Origin: Planctomycetota bacterium
GTDB lineage: Bacteria > Planctomycetota > SZUA-567 > H5-PLA8
DNA length: 64,000 bases
Assembly (NCBI GenBank): GCA_045863855.1
Contig: BTVV01000015.1
Span: 16,259-80,258 of the forward strand
Direction: 5' to 3'
The position numbers and the translations under genes were made by a program. The stretch's first letter is position 1, and every line of letters begins with the position of its first letter. The notes under the pieces were generated by a model that was not told the origin of the DNA, made no database searches, and saw nothing but the letters and a program-made list of their open reading frames with translations. Of the stretch, positions 46,566-57,400 are shown piece after piece.

Positions 46566-47686
46566 TCTTCCTCTTCTTCCACCGCCGGGCTTTTGGCTTC
46601 GGTCTTGGCGGCGGGGTTCTTGGGCGCGTCATCGCCTTCAGGCGCGGCGGACTTGGCGGCTGGTGCGGCCGGCGGATCGGGACGTTTGGGCGGCGGCGCG
46701 TTGGGATCCGTCACGCTCCAGCGCAGCCACTCCGTCGCCCGCTTCCCGTCGGACCCCGCGCAGCTTGCGCCGAAGATGAAGGTCCCTGCTCGCGAAGGCT
46801 TCCCCTTAATGGTTCCGTCCGCCGCGAGGCTCAGGCCCGGCGGAAGCGCGCCCGCCGGCCCGAATGCGTGTGGCGGTTTGCCGCCGGTAGAACCCAGTTT
46901 GAATTCGAAAGGCTCGTTCAGTTTCAGCGCTCCAGGAAGGCTTGAAAGGGTCACCACCGGCGCATCGGGATCGTAGGACTCGCAAGGTGGAATGTCCTTG
47001 GCGTCTAACCACCCGAAGTCTTTGGGCGGTGTGCTGCGGTAATACAAAAGCAGCCGTGGGCGTGCGGAGGCATCGTTGTACTGCTTGCTGCGAAAGCGCA
47101 ATTCCGCCAGACAGGCCTTCTCGAGCATCAACGCCACGCCGTGGTTCTGCGCAGGATTCGCCTGCCACATGCGCGCCGCGGCCGAGAGATCGAGGTCGAT
47201 GGCCCGCTTGATCTCGCCGCCGAACGGACCGTGCATTCGTGTCGCGGCAAGGCCCTGGGGGCTCCAGTCGCCGCCGGGGCGCTTCCAGTTCGACGCGCCC
47301 GTTGCCTGGTCCCACGAGGCGTTCGCTTCGTTCCACGCGCTGGTGAGCGGGTAGGCGCGCAGGAGCCCCACCTTGGTTTCGGACCAGTGCGAGTTCCAGC
47401 AGGTCAGGCGCAGGATCGCCGCTCGAAATCCCGGCGGCGCCTGGCGCAGATCGAACTTCACCAGCGCGCGGTAAAAGGTGTGGTCGGTGCGGCCGTAAAG
47501 CTGCAACTCGTCCTTCTCGCCGCGTCCGGCGGGCTTGCCGGTATGCTCGGAGGAAAGAAACGTATCGTCGGTCGCTTCCAGCGCAAAAGGTTCGTCCGCG
47601 GCGTAGAGCGTTGAAGTTAGGGTGAGCAGGAGCGCTCCCGTTAACCATCCGTAACAATAGAGGGTGTATGAAGATAACCGAGTCAT
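46562..47686 (-). CDS. secreted DNRLRE-like domain + Ig-like protein
   Basis: ATDDTFL, RALVKFDL, W.E..ASW, NHGV, RPRL; GGKPP..F...LPPGLSL..DGTIKGKP. Confidence 0.8.
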   Translation of the reverse strand: MTRLSSYTLYCYGWLTGALLLTLTSTLYAADEPFALEATDDTFLSSEHTGKPAGRGEKDELQLYGRTDHTFYRALVKFDLRQAPPGFRAAILRLTCWNSHWSETKVGLLRAYPLTSAWNEANASWDQATGASNWKRPGGDWSPQGLAATRMHGPFGGEIKRAIDLDLSAAARMWQANPAQNHGVALMLEKACLAELRFRSKQYNDASARPRLLLYYRSTPPKDFGWLDAKDIPPCESYDPDAPVVTLSSLPGALKLNEPFEFKLGSTGGKPPHAFGPAGALPPGLSLAADGTIKGKPSRAGTFIFGASCAGSDGKRATEWLRWSVTDPNAPPPKRPDPPAAPAAKSAAPEGDDAPKNPAAKTEAKSPAVEEEED

Positions 47687-47753
47687 CGTGCTCTCCGCTG
47701 GGCTCGGAATCCCGAGCGCACCTCGAAAGATATAGACATTATAGGCGGAATAG

Positions 47754-48443
47754 ATGGGTAGCGAAAGATTTTTACACGTCCAAGGCTCGGATGCCGATCT
47801 GCGGAAGCGTATGCTGCTCCTTCTGCAAGGTTGGAGGCCACAGATGGAAGGCGCGATCGTTTCCGGTTTGGTGCTCGCGGTCGTGGCCTACAGCTTTGCC
47901 ATCACTTTTTACCGAGAACTGAAACGCACGCCGTGGGACATGCTCGAAGCGCTGACGATGTTTGTGGCGGTCGGGCACGCGGTGGCGCTGCCGATCGCGT
48001 GGGCCGTCGAGAGCCGCACCGTCTACCTCGATAACGAGTATCTGGCCGTGCATGCCGCAATGGGCGGGGCGCTGGTGGGCATGTTCATGGCCGGCGGGGC
48101 GGTCTGGGTCGTGCGGCGCTTGAATCGCCTGAACGAACGGCGCCGAAAAACGCGGCTGCTCTATCTGCTGGGCGGCCTGCTGCTTTTTCCCTCGCTGGTG
48201 GCCGCCGCACCTTTGGTCTCGGTTCCCGTTCTGTGCCCGCTTTGGATCGCGCTGTACCGGCTCCACCAGCGCACCGAACGCTTACCCGATCCGTGGGACA
48301 CGTCCCGGGAAGCCGAACTTCGCCGCATTGTGGAAGAGCGCCGTGCAACGCGCGCGGCCCTGCGCAACACCGCGCAGGCTACGCTTGCTCTTGCCGAACC
48401 TTCCGCCGGTAGGCCAGCGGACCGATGCCCATCTGAGCCGTGA
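47754..48443 (+). CDS. membrane hypothetical protein
   Basis: Four to five hydrophobic segments; start uncertain; 3' end overlaps the convergent AraC gene. Confidence 0.65.
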   Translation: MGSERFLHVQGSDADLRKRMLLLLQGWRPQMEGAIVSGLVLAVVAYSFAITFYRELKRTPWDMLEALTMFVAVGHAVALPIAWAVESRTVYLDNEYLAVHAAMGGALVGMFMAGGAVWVVRRLNRLNERRRKTRLLYLLGGLLLFPSLVAAAPLVSVPVLCPLWIALYRLHQRTERLPDPWDTSREAELRRIVEERRATRAALRNTAQATLALAEPSAGRPADRCPSEP

Positions 48444-49224
48444 AGACGCGGTGGAATTGCGCGTAGCTGCCGAAGCCGGCTTCCAGCGCCGCTTGCAAGA
48501 GCGAGAGGCGCTGGCCGGCGCCGAAGCATTCGCGAAAGCGCTCCACGCGGCAACGGTTGCGGTATTGCGCGAGCGATACACCGGTCTGGCGCTTGAAGAG
48601 CCGCGAGAGCCGCGCGGGACTCAGGCCGGCGCGCGCGGCCAGTTCGGGCAGCGCCAGTTCCAAGCGCTCTTCGCGCAACAGCATCGCCGCGCGCTCGACG
48701 GCCGGGTGCACGTCCAGGCCCGGGCGCGCGTCTTCGGTCGCGGCGAAAGCCTGCCATGTGGCCAGGAGCGCGTGAGCGAGCCCGGCGTTGAAGAGTTCCG
48801 CCTGTTCACGCGCCAACGCCACCGGCGCGAACAAACGATCCAGCGCATCGGCGGCGTTCGCATTCAACCGCCGCAGCAGCAGATCCGGGGGAAGGCTGCG
48901 GCGAAGCGTACGAGCCGCTTCCGTTCGGCAGACGCGCTTCAACAGCCGCGGCCGAAAGACCGCGATCCAAGCCGCGTAATCCGGACTTTCTCCCAGTTGC
49001 AGATGCGGCTGGGCAGGAAAGAGCCATAGCAGCATGCGCGGGCGCAGTTCCACGCGCCGGCCTCCGATTAAGTAGACGGCGCTGCCGCGCGTGACGAGGT
49101 TGAATTCCAACTCGGCGTGGCAATGTCCACGGCGGCGTTCGGGCGGTACGTAATCGTATTCGCGGGGCCGCAGCCACAGGTCGCCGTCCAACTCGGCGGG
49201 GAGGGGGAGGGTGACGAAGCGCAT
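48379..49224 (-). CDS. AraC family transcriptional regulator
   Basis: Cupin HCHAELEF; LSRLFKRQTG, AGFGSYAQFHRVF. Confidence 0.93.
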   Translation of the reverse strand: MRFVTLPLPAELDGDLWLRPREYDYVPPERRRGHCHAELEFNLVTRGSAVYLIGGRRVELRPRMLLWLFPAQPHLQLGESPDYAAWIAVFRPRLLKRVCRTEAARTLRRSLPPDLLLRRLNANAADALDRLFAPVALAREQAELFNAGLAHALLATWQAFAATEDARPGLDVHPAVERAAMLLREERLELALPELAARAGLSPARLSRLFKRQTGVSLAQYRNRCRVERFRECFGAGQRLSLLQAALEAGFGSYAQFHRVFTAQMGIGPLAYRRKVRQEQA

Positions 49225-49332
49225 GACAAAAAATGATAACTATTCGCATCGCTCTTGAGAAGCATCGGTTTGAGGTTCCAGGTAGAGTGCCTGGCGAAGC
49301 GACAAATAACGCTACGCCAGGAGATCGAGACC

Positions 49333-50097
49333 ATGTCCACGCTTGCCTGCCCCGCCCGCGTCACGCCCGACCATGCGCGCCAATACCGCGAGCAGGGCTG
49401 GTTCCTGCTCGAGCGCGCCGTGCCGGACGAACACGTCGCGATGCTCCGCGATGAATGCGCGCTTTCCATCGAGCACATGAACCGCCGCATCGACGGGAAA
49501 GATCCGACGGTCTGCGAACTGAACCACCGCGACCGGCGGTACTTCATTCCGTTCCGCTCGCGCGAGCGCGAGGCGATGCGCAACTACATCTTCAGTCCGC
49601 TGCTGGCCGACGTTTGCCGCGCCACGGTGGGCGGCGAAGCGTGTCTGAGCCTGGAGCAGTTCGTCGTGAAGGGTGGGGGCGGCGGCATGAAGTTCGGCTG
49701 GCACCAGGACGCCGGCTACATCAAGCACGACAATCCGGACTTCGTCACGGTGCTCTGCGCACTCGACGATTTAACCGAAACGAACGGGACGCTTTTCGTG
49801 CTGCCTTATGACCGCGCCGGCACGCGCGCCAAGACCGATCATAAAGTCGAAGCCGGGAGCAACGACTGGATCGGCTACTTCGGCGACGATCCGGGCATCC
49901 CGATGATTGCTCCTGCCGGGAGTCTGATCGTCTTCAGTTGCTATACGTTCCACCGCAGCGGTCCGAATTTTTCACCGGACCTGCGCCGCCTGTATCTGAC
50001 CCAGTACGCCACCGAGCCGATCCGGCGGCCGAACGGCGAGACCAAGAGCATGGGGGACGTGTTCTTGAGGGGCGGGGAAATCGTGACGCGGGGGTGA
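49333..50097 (+). CDS. phytanoyl-CoA dioxygenase (PhyH) family
   Basis: WHQD, ALDD...NGTL, FHRSGPN, RR. Confidence 0.9.
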   Translation: MSTLACPARVTPDHARQYREQGWFLLERAVPDEHVAMLRDECALSIEHMNRRIDGKDPTVCELNHRDRRYFIPFRSREREAMRNYIFSPLLADVCRATVGGEACLSLEQFVVKGGGGGMKFGWHQDAGYIKHDNPDFVTVLCALDDLTETNGTLFVLPYDRAGTRAKTDHKVEAGSNDWIGYFGDDPGIPMIAPAGSLIVFSCYTFHRSGPNFSPDLRRLYLTQYATEPIRRPNGETKSMGDVFLRGGEIVTRG

Positions 50098-50101
50098 GCG
50101 G

Positions 50102-51535
50102 CTACTTGCTCAACTGCGGGTCGCCCCACGCCGCGTGCGCGTGTTCCATCTCGCCCTTGCATTCGACGTACAGGACCAGCTTGTCCACGCCGGTGACGTC
50201 CACCTTGAAGTTTTCGGGCAGCTTGGGCTTCTCGAGCGGCTTGGAGCGCCAGAGTTCCTTGCCGTCGCCTTCGATGATGAATACCAGCGGCGTCTTGGGG
50301 CCCTTGGGCGCGGTATCGTTGATCGCGGCCTGCCCGCTCAGCAGCTTGTAGCGCCACTTCAGGCTGTACGTGGCGCTCGCGCGCCCGTTGGCCGGCGGGT
50401 GCATGCCCAGGCCGTGCTGGATGCGCACCGAGTTGATCAAGAGCTTCTGTTCGCCGTGCCCCAGTTCGGTGTTCAAGCCCAATTCGCCGAACCCCATGCT
50501 CGTATCCAGCGGTTCCAGATCGGCCAGGTAGACCTTGGGCGGCCCCTCCGCGAGCGCGCGGTCCACGAGGTTTTTGCGGATGCGGGCCTGATTGAGCCCC
50601 TGCAGGTGCGGCAGCGCCTTGCGGTACCAATGCTCCGCGCGCGCGAAAAACGCCTCTTTTTCCTCGGCGCGCTGGCGCTTACCGGCCAAGTTCCACCAGG
50701 TGTCGCCCAGCTTGGCCTGATCGTCCGGACTCGCCGGATCGGCCAGGTCCTGTTCGGCTACCGCGCGCAGGGTCAAGTCGTCGCCTTTGGCCAGCATCGG
50801 AACGCCCTTCTTCCAGTCTCCTTTGATCACGCAGTAGTAGCCGCCGGCCGTGCCGTTGGCCTTGGCGTCGTCGGGCGCCGCTTCCAGCGTCTTGAAAGCC
50901 TGCTTGGCGTTCATGTAGTGGCGCTGTTTGTCGCGCACCAGCGTGTCGATGCTTTTGACCCGCGTTACCAGCGGGATGCTCTGCGCCTGCCGAGAGGTGC
51001 CCTGCGCGAGCGTCACGAGTTTCGAAGCGTTCAGGTAGTCGTCGGCGTCCACCGCTTCGTCGATGACTTTGAGGTACATCTCGGTGAGCAGCGCGGCGCC
51101 TTCGGCGCTGCGCGCGCCGGTGGAGGCTTTGTTGAGCACCTCCATTTTCAGCGTAACGGTGTCCACCGTGTAGAACTTGCCCATGGTCGTGACGGCATCG
51201 AGCGCCACGTCGGGCGCACCGTTCGCCAGCGCCAAGTCCTTGGCTTCTTGCAGCAGCACGAATCGTGAGATGGGATCGTCGCGCGTCTCGACGGCTTGGC
51301 CGAGCAGCGTTCTGGAAAAGGTAGCCAGTTCTTCGGGGAGGCGTTTGGCGAACTGATCGGCGAAGACTTCGCGAATCGTCTTCTTGGCCTCAACCTGAGC
51401 GGCGGCGTCCGGCGGGACCACGCGTTCGGGGGCCGGTTCGGCTTCCTCGCCGGCGACGTTCCACGCCAGCAGCACGAATCCCAAGGCCCACGCGTGGGTT
51501 CGGATCCGATAGCGCAGGGGCGAGCATCTAGACAT
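50102..51535 (-). CDS. secreted helical protein with C-terminal NPCBM/NEW2 domain
   Basis: VYLADL, HGLGMHP, GDGKELWRS, VDVTGVDKL, HAAWGDPQL. Confidence 0.85.
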   Translation of the reverse strand: MSRCSPLRYRIRTHAWALGFVLLAWNVAGEEAEPAPERVVPPDAAAQVEAKKTIREVFADQFAKRLPEELATFSRTLLGQAVETRDDPISRFVLLQEAKDLALANGAPDVALDAVTTMGKFYTVDTVTLKMEVLNKASTGARSAEGAALLTEMYLKVIDEAVDADDYLNASKLVTLAQGTSRQAQSIPLVTRVKSIDTLVRDKQRHYMNAKQAFKTLEAAPDDAKANGTAGGYYCVIKGDWKKGVPMLAKGDDLTLRAVAEQDLADPASPDDQAKLGDTWWNLAGKRQRAEEKEAFFARAEHWYRKALPHLQGLNQARIRKNLVDRALAEGPPKVYLADLEPLDTSMGFGELGLNTELGHGEQKLLINSVRIQHGLGMHPPANGRASATYSLKWRYKLLSGQAAINDTAPKGPKTPLVFIIEGDGKELWRSKPLEKPKLPENFKVDVTGVDKLVLYVECKGEMEHAHAAWGDPQLSK

Positions 51536-51621
51536 GACCGGCTCCTATGGCGCAGAGACGCAATAACTATAGGGATTATTCGGCGAGCCGCAATAAGCTC
51601 CAAACCGCCTTTTCGAAGACG

Positions 51622-52509
51622 TCAGACGGTGACCGGCTCCTTGAGCAATTCCATAAATCGGCTCAGCGCCGGCGTAAAACGCTTGCGGCGGCGGTGGATG
51701 ATCCCGATCGGACGGGTCAATTCCCCCATCGCGGTGGGGCGCGCCACGAGGCTGCCACGCGCGGACTCGCGCTGTACCGTCGGCTCCGGCAGGATCGAGA
51801 CCCCGGCTCCGATCTCCAGCGCTTGCTTGATTGTCTCGATGTTGTCGAATTCCATGACCACGTTTGGCGCCGCGCGGTACTTGCGCAGGCAGCGGTCGAT
51901 GGCCTTGCGGATCGCCAGATCGCCTTCGAAGGCCACGAACGCTTCTCCGTCGAGATCGCGAGGTTCGATGCGCTTGCGCTGCGCCAGCCGGTGATCGGGG
52001 CGGCAGACGAAGACCATGGGCTCGCTGCGCAGCGGCACCACACGCAGTTCGCGGTTCGCCAGCGGGTAGCTCACGATGCCCAGGTCGGCCTCTTCGTCGA
52101 GCACCGCCTCCAGCACCTTGGCGGGGTGCAGGTATTCGAGCCGAATGCGCGCTTCCGGATAGGTGGTCATGAACTGCTGCATGTGGCGACTCATGACGTG
52201 CAAGCCCACCGAATAGATGGCAGCTACCCGCACCGTGCCCGCCACCTGGCTGCGCGTAGACCGGATTTTGGCCGCGATTTCATCGTATCCTTTCAATAAC
52301 CCTCGCACGCTCTCGTAGTATTGCTGCCCTTCCGGGGTCAGCACGAACGGGCGTTTGCTGCGGTCGATCAGAAGCACGTCGAGGTCGGCCTCGAGGTGCG
52401 AGACGGCTTGGCTGGCCGCGGCCTGGCTGACGCTCATGGCGCGCGCTCCTTTGGAGAAGCTGTGCAGGCGGACGACTTCGCAAAAGAGGCGCAGGGATTC
52501 TAGGTTCAT
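51622..52509 (-). CDS. LysR family regulator divergent from gltBD
   Basis: SFSKGA...SQAAASQ..LE..L.V.LIDRS; MEFDNIETIK. Confidence 0.93.
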   Translation of the reverse strand: MNLESLRLFCEVVRLHSFSKGARAMSVSQAAASQAVSHLEADLDVLLIDRSKRPFVLTPEGQQYYESVRGLLKGYDEIAAKIRSTRSQVAGTVRVAAIYSVGLHVMSRHMQQFMTTYPEARIRLEYLHPAKVLEAVLDEEADLGIVSYPLANRELRVVPLRSEPMVFVCRPDHRLAQRKRIEPRDLDGEAFVAFEGDLAIRKAIDRCLRKYRAAPNVVMEFDNIETIKQALEIGAGVSILPEPTVQRESARGSLVARPTAMGELTRPIGIIHRRRKRFTPALSRFMELLKEPVTV

Positions 52510-52565
52510 GGCAGCCTTGGGTTTGGTGGAGTTCTTGGCGTCCAGTTTCCGCAGGCAATAGTAGT

Positions 52566-52580
52566 ATAAGTGTTACTTAT
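52566..52580. promoter_or_regulatory. LysR T-N11-A binding site
   Basis: ATAAG-TGTTA-CTTAT inverted repeat between lysR and gltB. Confidence 0.7.
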
Positions 52581-52798
52581 GTAAAGTATATTTGATATTC
52601 CGTCTTGATTATATTTGGCTTGGTCATAATTTGGCTGCGGGTTTAAGGCGGTCCGCCTGTCGGACTTCTAACAATTCGGCAGTGTTAGTCCTTACCCGTC
52701 GTTCGTAACGACTGGTAAGGTTTCTGCGTGAAAGTCGAAGGCAAAAAACCTCCGGATGCACCAGTAAGTAAGGGTTCCTTTAATACGAGGTAGATGCG

Positions 52799-55700
52799 AT
52801 GGCCAAGCAGATTGGCGTGCCCCCTGCGAACGGACTCTACGACCCGCAGTTCGAACACGACGCCTGCGGCGTGGGGTTCCTTGTCGATATGAAGGGGCGC
52901 AAGTCGCACCAGACCGTTAGCGATGCTCTCCTTATATTGGAGCACCTCACCCATCGTGGCGCCTGCGGCTGCGAGACGAATACCGGCGACGGCGCGGGGA
53001 TTCTGATCCAAACACCCGACACGTTTTTCCGGCGCATCTCCAAAAAGCTGCGGATCGACTTGCCGCCGGCGGGGCAGTACGGCACCGGGCTGGTCTTCCT
53101 GCCGCAGAACAAGAAGGACCGCACCGTTTGCGGGAAGGTGATCGAGCGGGTGGTCCTCGAAGAAGGCCAGCACGTGCTCGGCTGGCGCGACGTGCCGGTC
53201 GACAACAGCATGCTTGGGCAGTCGGCCAAGGATTCCGAGCCCGTGATGCGGCAGATTTTTATCGGGCAGGGCACCGTTCGAAAGGACGATCCGCAGGCGT
53301 TCGAGCGGAAGCTCTTCCTGATCCGCAAGCGCGCCGAGCACATGGTCCGCGCGAAGAACATCGAGGAAGAGAAGCTCTTTTACTTCCCCAGTCTCTCCAT
53401 GCGCACCTTCGTCTATAAGGGCATGCTTCTGTCCGAGCAGGTGAGCCAGTATTTTCCCGACCTGCGGGAGCCCGACGTCGAGAGCGCGCTGGCAATGGTC
53501 CACTCGCGCTTCAGCACTAACACCTTTCCGACCTGGGATCTCGCTCATCCGTTCCGCTTCTTGAGCCACAACGGCGAGATCAACACGCTGCGCGGGAACA
53601 TCAATTGGATGCGCGCGCGCGAGCGCCTCTTCGAAAGCCGCTACTTCACGAAGGCCGAGATGGAGCGGATGCTGCCGGTCATTTTCGAACACGGCAGCGA
53701 TAGCGCGATTCTGGACAACGCGCTCGAGATGCTCGTGATGTGCGGCCGCTCGCTCGCCCACAGCATGATGATGCTCATCCCCGAGGCGCATTCGGGCCAC
53801 GAGACGATGAGCCAGGAAAAGAAGGACTTCTACGATTTCCACGGCTGCCTGATGGAACCGTGGGACGGTCCGGCCAGCGTGGCCTTCACGGACGGGACCT
53901 GCATCGGCGCGGTGCTCGACCGCAACGGCCTGCGGCCCAGCCGCTATTACGTGACCAAGGACGACAAGGTCATCATGGCCAGCGAAGTCGGCGTGCTGGA
54001 CATTCCGCCCGAGAACATCCTGCATAAGGGCCGCCTGCAGCCCGGACGCATGTTCCTGATCGACCTGGCAGAGCGCCGCATCATCGGCGACGAGGAGTTG
54101 AAGCATAAGCTCGCCTCGTCCGAACCGTACGGCGAGTATCTTAAGCAGCACATGATCTCGCTGGCCGATCTGCCCGAGCCGCCGGAAGTGCATGAGCCGG
54201 ACCACGACACGGTCTTCGTGCGCCAGCAGGCTTTCGGGTACACCACCGAAGACCTCAAGATCCTGATGCAGCCGATGGCGGTGAAGGGTGAGGAAGCCAT
54301 CGGCAGCATGGGCAACGATGCGCCGCTGGCCGTGCTCTCCGACCGCCCGCAGATGCTGTACGCCTACTTCAAACAACTGTTCGCGCAGGTGACGAACCCG
54401 CCGCTCGACGCGATCCGCGAGGAACTCGTCACCGACGTGGGCACCTGCATCGGCGGCGCGGGCAACATCCTAGAACCCAACCCCGAAGCGGTCTGCCGCC
54501 AGATCAAAGTGCCCATGTTCGTGCTCGACAATTACGAGTTGGCGAAGATCCGGCACAACCCCGATCCGAAGTTCAAAGCGGTGACGATCCCGATCCTTTT
54601 CGACGTGCCGGAAGACCCGTCCAAGGGCGCCGAAGCGCTGGAACGCGCCATGCAGGATCTGTACGAAGACGCCGAGCGCGCGATCCACGGCGGCGGGAAG
54701 ATTCTGATCCTTTCGGACCGTGGCGTCGACGAGAAGCGCGCGCCGATTCCGGCGCTTCTGGCCACCTCCGGCCTGTATCACCACCTTGTCCGGACCGGGC
54801 TGCGCGCGCGCACCGGCCTGCTGCTCGAAAGCGGCGAGCCGCGCGAGGTTCACCACTTCGCGCTGCTTTTGGCTTACGGCATCGGGGCCATCAATCCATA
54901 CTTGGCCTTCGAAAGCCTCGACGACATGATTCGCGACAAGGTGCTGCCGAAGGAGATCGACCACAAGACCGCGGTCAAGAACTTCATCAAGGCCGTCAAG
55001 AAGGGTGTCGTGAAGGTGATGTCGAAGATGGGCATCAGCACCGTCGGATCGTACCGCGGCGCACAGATCTTCGAGGCGCTGGGGTTAAACAAAAAGCTCG
55101 TGGACACCTACTTCGCCTTTACCGCTACGCGTGTCGAAGGCGTGGGCCTCCCCGAAATCGCCGAAGAGCAGCTCGCGCGCCACCGCCGCGCCTTCCCTTC
55201 CCGCGATGTGCCCGTCGAACAGCTCGACGCCGGCGGCCAGTACCAGTGGCGCCGCGACGGCGAGCACCACCTCTTTAATCCCGATACCGTGCACAAGCTT
55301 CAGTACGCGGTGCGCGCCAACGACTATAAGAAGTTCAAGGAATACAGCGCCGCGGTGAACGACACCTCGAAGAAGCTCTGCACGCTCCGCGGGCTCTTCA
55401 AGTTCAACGCCGAGGGGCGCAAGCCGGTCCCGATCGAGGAGGTCGAACCGGCCACCGAGATCGTGAAGCGCTTCGCCACCGGCGCGATGTCTTACGGCAG
55501 CATCAGCAAGGAAGCGCACGAGAACCTCGCCATCGCGATGAACCGCATCGGTGGGATGTCCAATACCGGCGAAGGCGGTGAGGACGAAGACCGCTTCGAC
55601 CGCGATCCCAACGGCGATTGGCGCAACAGTGCGATCAAGCAAGTGGCCAGTGCGCGATTCGGGGTCACGAGCCGATACCTTTCCAGCGCGCGGGAGCTCC

Positions 55701-57367
55701 AGATCAAGATGGCACAAGGCGCCAAGCCCGGCGAAGGCGGGCAGCTTCCGGCGCATAAGGTGTATCCCTGGATCGCCAAGACGCGGCACAGCACGCCATT
55801 CGTAGGGCTGATCAGCCCGCCGCCGCACCACGACATTTACTCCATCGAAGACTTGGCGCAGCTCATCCATGACTTGAAAAACAGCAACCCGAAAGCGCGG
55901 GTGGCGGTCAAGCTGGTCGCGGAGGTTGGGGTTGGCACGGTCGCGGCCGGCGTGTGCAAAGCGCACGCCGACGTGGTTCTGATCGCGGGGCACGACGGCG
56001 GCACGGGCGCTTCGCCGCTCACCAGCATCAAGCACGCCGGCGTGCCATGGGAACTGGGCCTCGCCGAGACGCATCAAGTGCTGGTGCAGAACGACCTGCG
56101 CGACCGCATCGTCGTGCAGACCGATGGCCAGCTCAAGACCGGCCGCGATGTGGCCATCGCCGCGCTGCTGGGCGCCGAGGAATTCGGCTTTGCAACCTCT
56201 GCCCTGGTTGCCAGCGGCTGCATCATGATGCGCGTCTGCCACCTGGACACCTGTCCGGTCGGGGTGGCGACGCAGAATCCCGAGCTGCGCAAGAAGTTCA
56301 TGGGCAAGCCCGAGCATGTCGTCAACTTCATGATGTTCATGGCCGAAGAGCTTCGCGAAATAATGGCGCAGCTTGGCTTCCGCAAGCTGACCGATATGGT
56401 CGGGCACAGCGAATTGCTCGACAGCAATGCCGCGGTGGCGCATTGGAAGGCAAAGGGACTCGACTTCTCCAAGATTTTCGCCAAGCCCGTTCCGCGCCGC
56501 GACGAAGCCACGCTGTATTGCAGCGTTTCGCAGGACCATGGACTCGAGAAGGCGCTGGACCACCAGCTTATCGAGCTGTGCAAGCCGGCCATCGAGAAGG
56601 GCACGGCGGTGAAGCACGAACTGCCGGTGCGTAACGTCAACCGCGTGGTTGGCACCATGCTGGGCCACGAGGTCACGCTGCGCCATCCGGAAGGATTGCC
56701 GGACGGCACGATCCACCTCAAGTTCACGGGTTCGGCCGGACAGTCCTTCGGCGCGTTCGTGCCGCGAGGCATCACGCTCGAACTGGAAGGCGACGCGAAC
56801 GACTACTTTGGCAAGGGACTTTCCGGCGGCCGGGTGATCGTCTATCCGCCCAAGCAGGCCACTTTTAAGGCCAACGAGAACATCATCATCGGCAACGTGG
56901 TCGGCTACGGGGCGACCGCTGGCGAACTTTTTGCGCGCGGCATGGCGGGCGAACGCTTCTGCGTCCGCAACAGCGGAATGAGTGCGGTCGTCGAAGGCGT
57001 GGGCGACCACGGCTGCGAGTACATGACCGGCGGGCGGGTCGTGGTGCTGGGGCGGACGGGCCGGAACTTCGCAGCCGGGATGAGCGGCGGAATCGCCTAC
57101 GTGCTCGATGAAGACGGCGATTTCGCGCAGCGCTGCAACAAGGAAATGGTGGGCCTCGAAAAGCTCGAGGTGAGCGAAGACCTCGTACAGGTGAAGACGC
57201 TCGTCGAAAAGCACTACAAGCTCACCGGCAGCCTTCAGGCCAAGCGCGTGCTCGACGACTGGAATGCGCTGTTGCCGAAGTTCGTGAAGGTGATGCCGAC
57301 CGATTACAAGCGCGCGCTGGAACAGTTGAAGAACGGCGAGCCGATGGCCGCCGCGGGCGCCGATTAA
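52799..57367 (+). CDS. gltB: glutamate synthase large subunit
   Basis: [50 protein letters not shown]. Confidence 0.98.
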   Translation: MAKQIGVPPANGLYDPQFEHDACGVGFLVDMKGRKSHQTVSDALLILEHLTHRGACGCETNTGDGAGILIQTPDTFFRRISKKLRIDLPPAGQYGTGLVFLPQNKKDRTVCGKVIERVVLEEGQHVLGWRDVPVDNSMLGQSAKDSEPVMRQIFIGQGTVRKDDPQAFERKLFLIRKRAEHMVRAKNIEEEKLFYFPSLSMRTFVYKGMLLSEQVSQYFPDLREPDVESALAMVHSRFSTNTFPTWDLAHPFRFLSHNGEINTLRGNINWMRARERLFESRYFTKAEMERMLPVIFEHGSDSAILDNALEMLVMCGRSLAHSMMMLIPEAHSGHETMSQEKKDFYDFHGCLMEPWDGPASVAFTDGTCIGAVLDRNGLRPSRYYVTKDDKVIMASEVGVLDIPPENILHKGRLQPGRMFLIDLAERRIIGDEELKHKLASSEPYGEYLKQHMISLADLPEPPEVHEPDHDTVFVRQQAFGYTTEDLKILMQPMAVKGEEAIGSMGNDAPLAVLSDRPQMLYAYFKQLFAQVTNPPLDAIREELVTDVGTCIGGAGNILEPNPEAVCRQIKVPMFVLDNYELAKIRHNPDPKFKAVTIPILFDVPEDPSKGAEALERAMQDLYEDAERAIHGGGKILILSDRGVDEKRAPIPALLATSGLYHHLVRTGLRARTGLLLESGEPREVHHFALLLAYGIGAINPYLAFESLDDMIRDKVLPKEIDHKTAVKNFIKAVKKGVVKVMSKMGISTVGSYRGAQIFEALGLNKKLVDTYFAFTATRVEGVGLPEIAEEQLARHRRAFPSRDVPVEQLDAGGQYQWRRDGEHHLFNPDTVHKLQYAVRANDYKKFKEYSAAVNDTSKKLCTLRGLFKFNAEGRKPVPIEEVEPATEIVKRFATGAMSYGSISKEAHENLAIAMNRIGGMSNTGEGGEDEDRFDRDPNGDWRNSAIKQVASARFGVTSRYLSSARELQIKMAQGAKPGEGGQLPAHKVYPWIAKTRHSTPFVGLISPPPHHDIYSIEDLAQLIHDLKNSNPKARVAVKLVAEVGVGTVAAGVCKAHADVVLIAGHDGGTGASPLTSIKHAGVPWELGLAETHQVLVQNDLRDRIVVQTDGQLKTGRDVAIAALLGAEEFGFATSALVASGCIMMRVCHLDTCPVGVATQNPELRKKFMGKPEHVVNFMMFMAEELREIMAQLGFRKLTDMVGHSELLDSNAAVAHWKAKGLDFSKIFAKPVPRRDEATLYCSVSQDHGLEKALDHQLIELCKPAIEKGTAVKHELPVRNVNRVVGTMLGHEVTLRHPEGLPDGTIHLKFTGSAGQSFGAFVPRGITLELEGDANDYFGKGLSGGRVIVYPPKQATFKANENIIIGNVVGYGATAGELFARGMAGERFCVRNSGMSAVVEGVGDHGCEYMTGGRVVVLGRTGRNFAAGMSGGIAYVLDEDGDFAQRCNKEMVGLEKLEVSEDLVQVKTLVEKHYKLTGSLQAKRVLDDWNALLPKFVKVMPTDYKRALEQLKNGEPMAAAGAD

Positions 57368-57400
57368 CACGAGTCACCGATCAGGGGAGCCGCACCAGCC

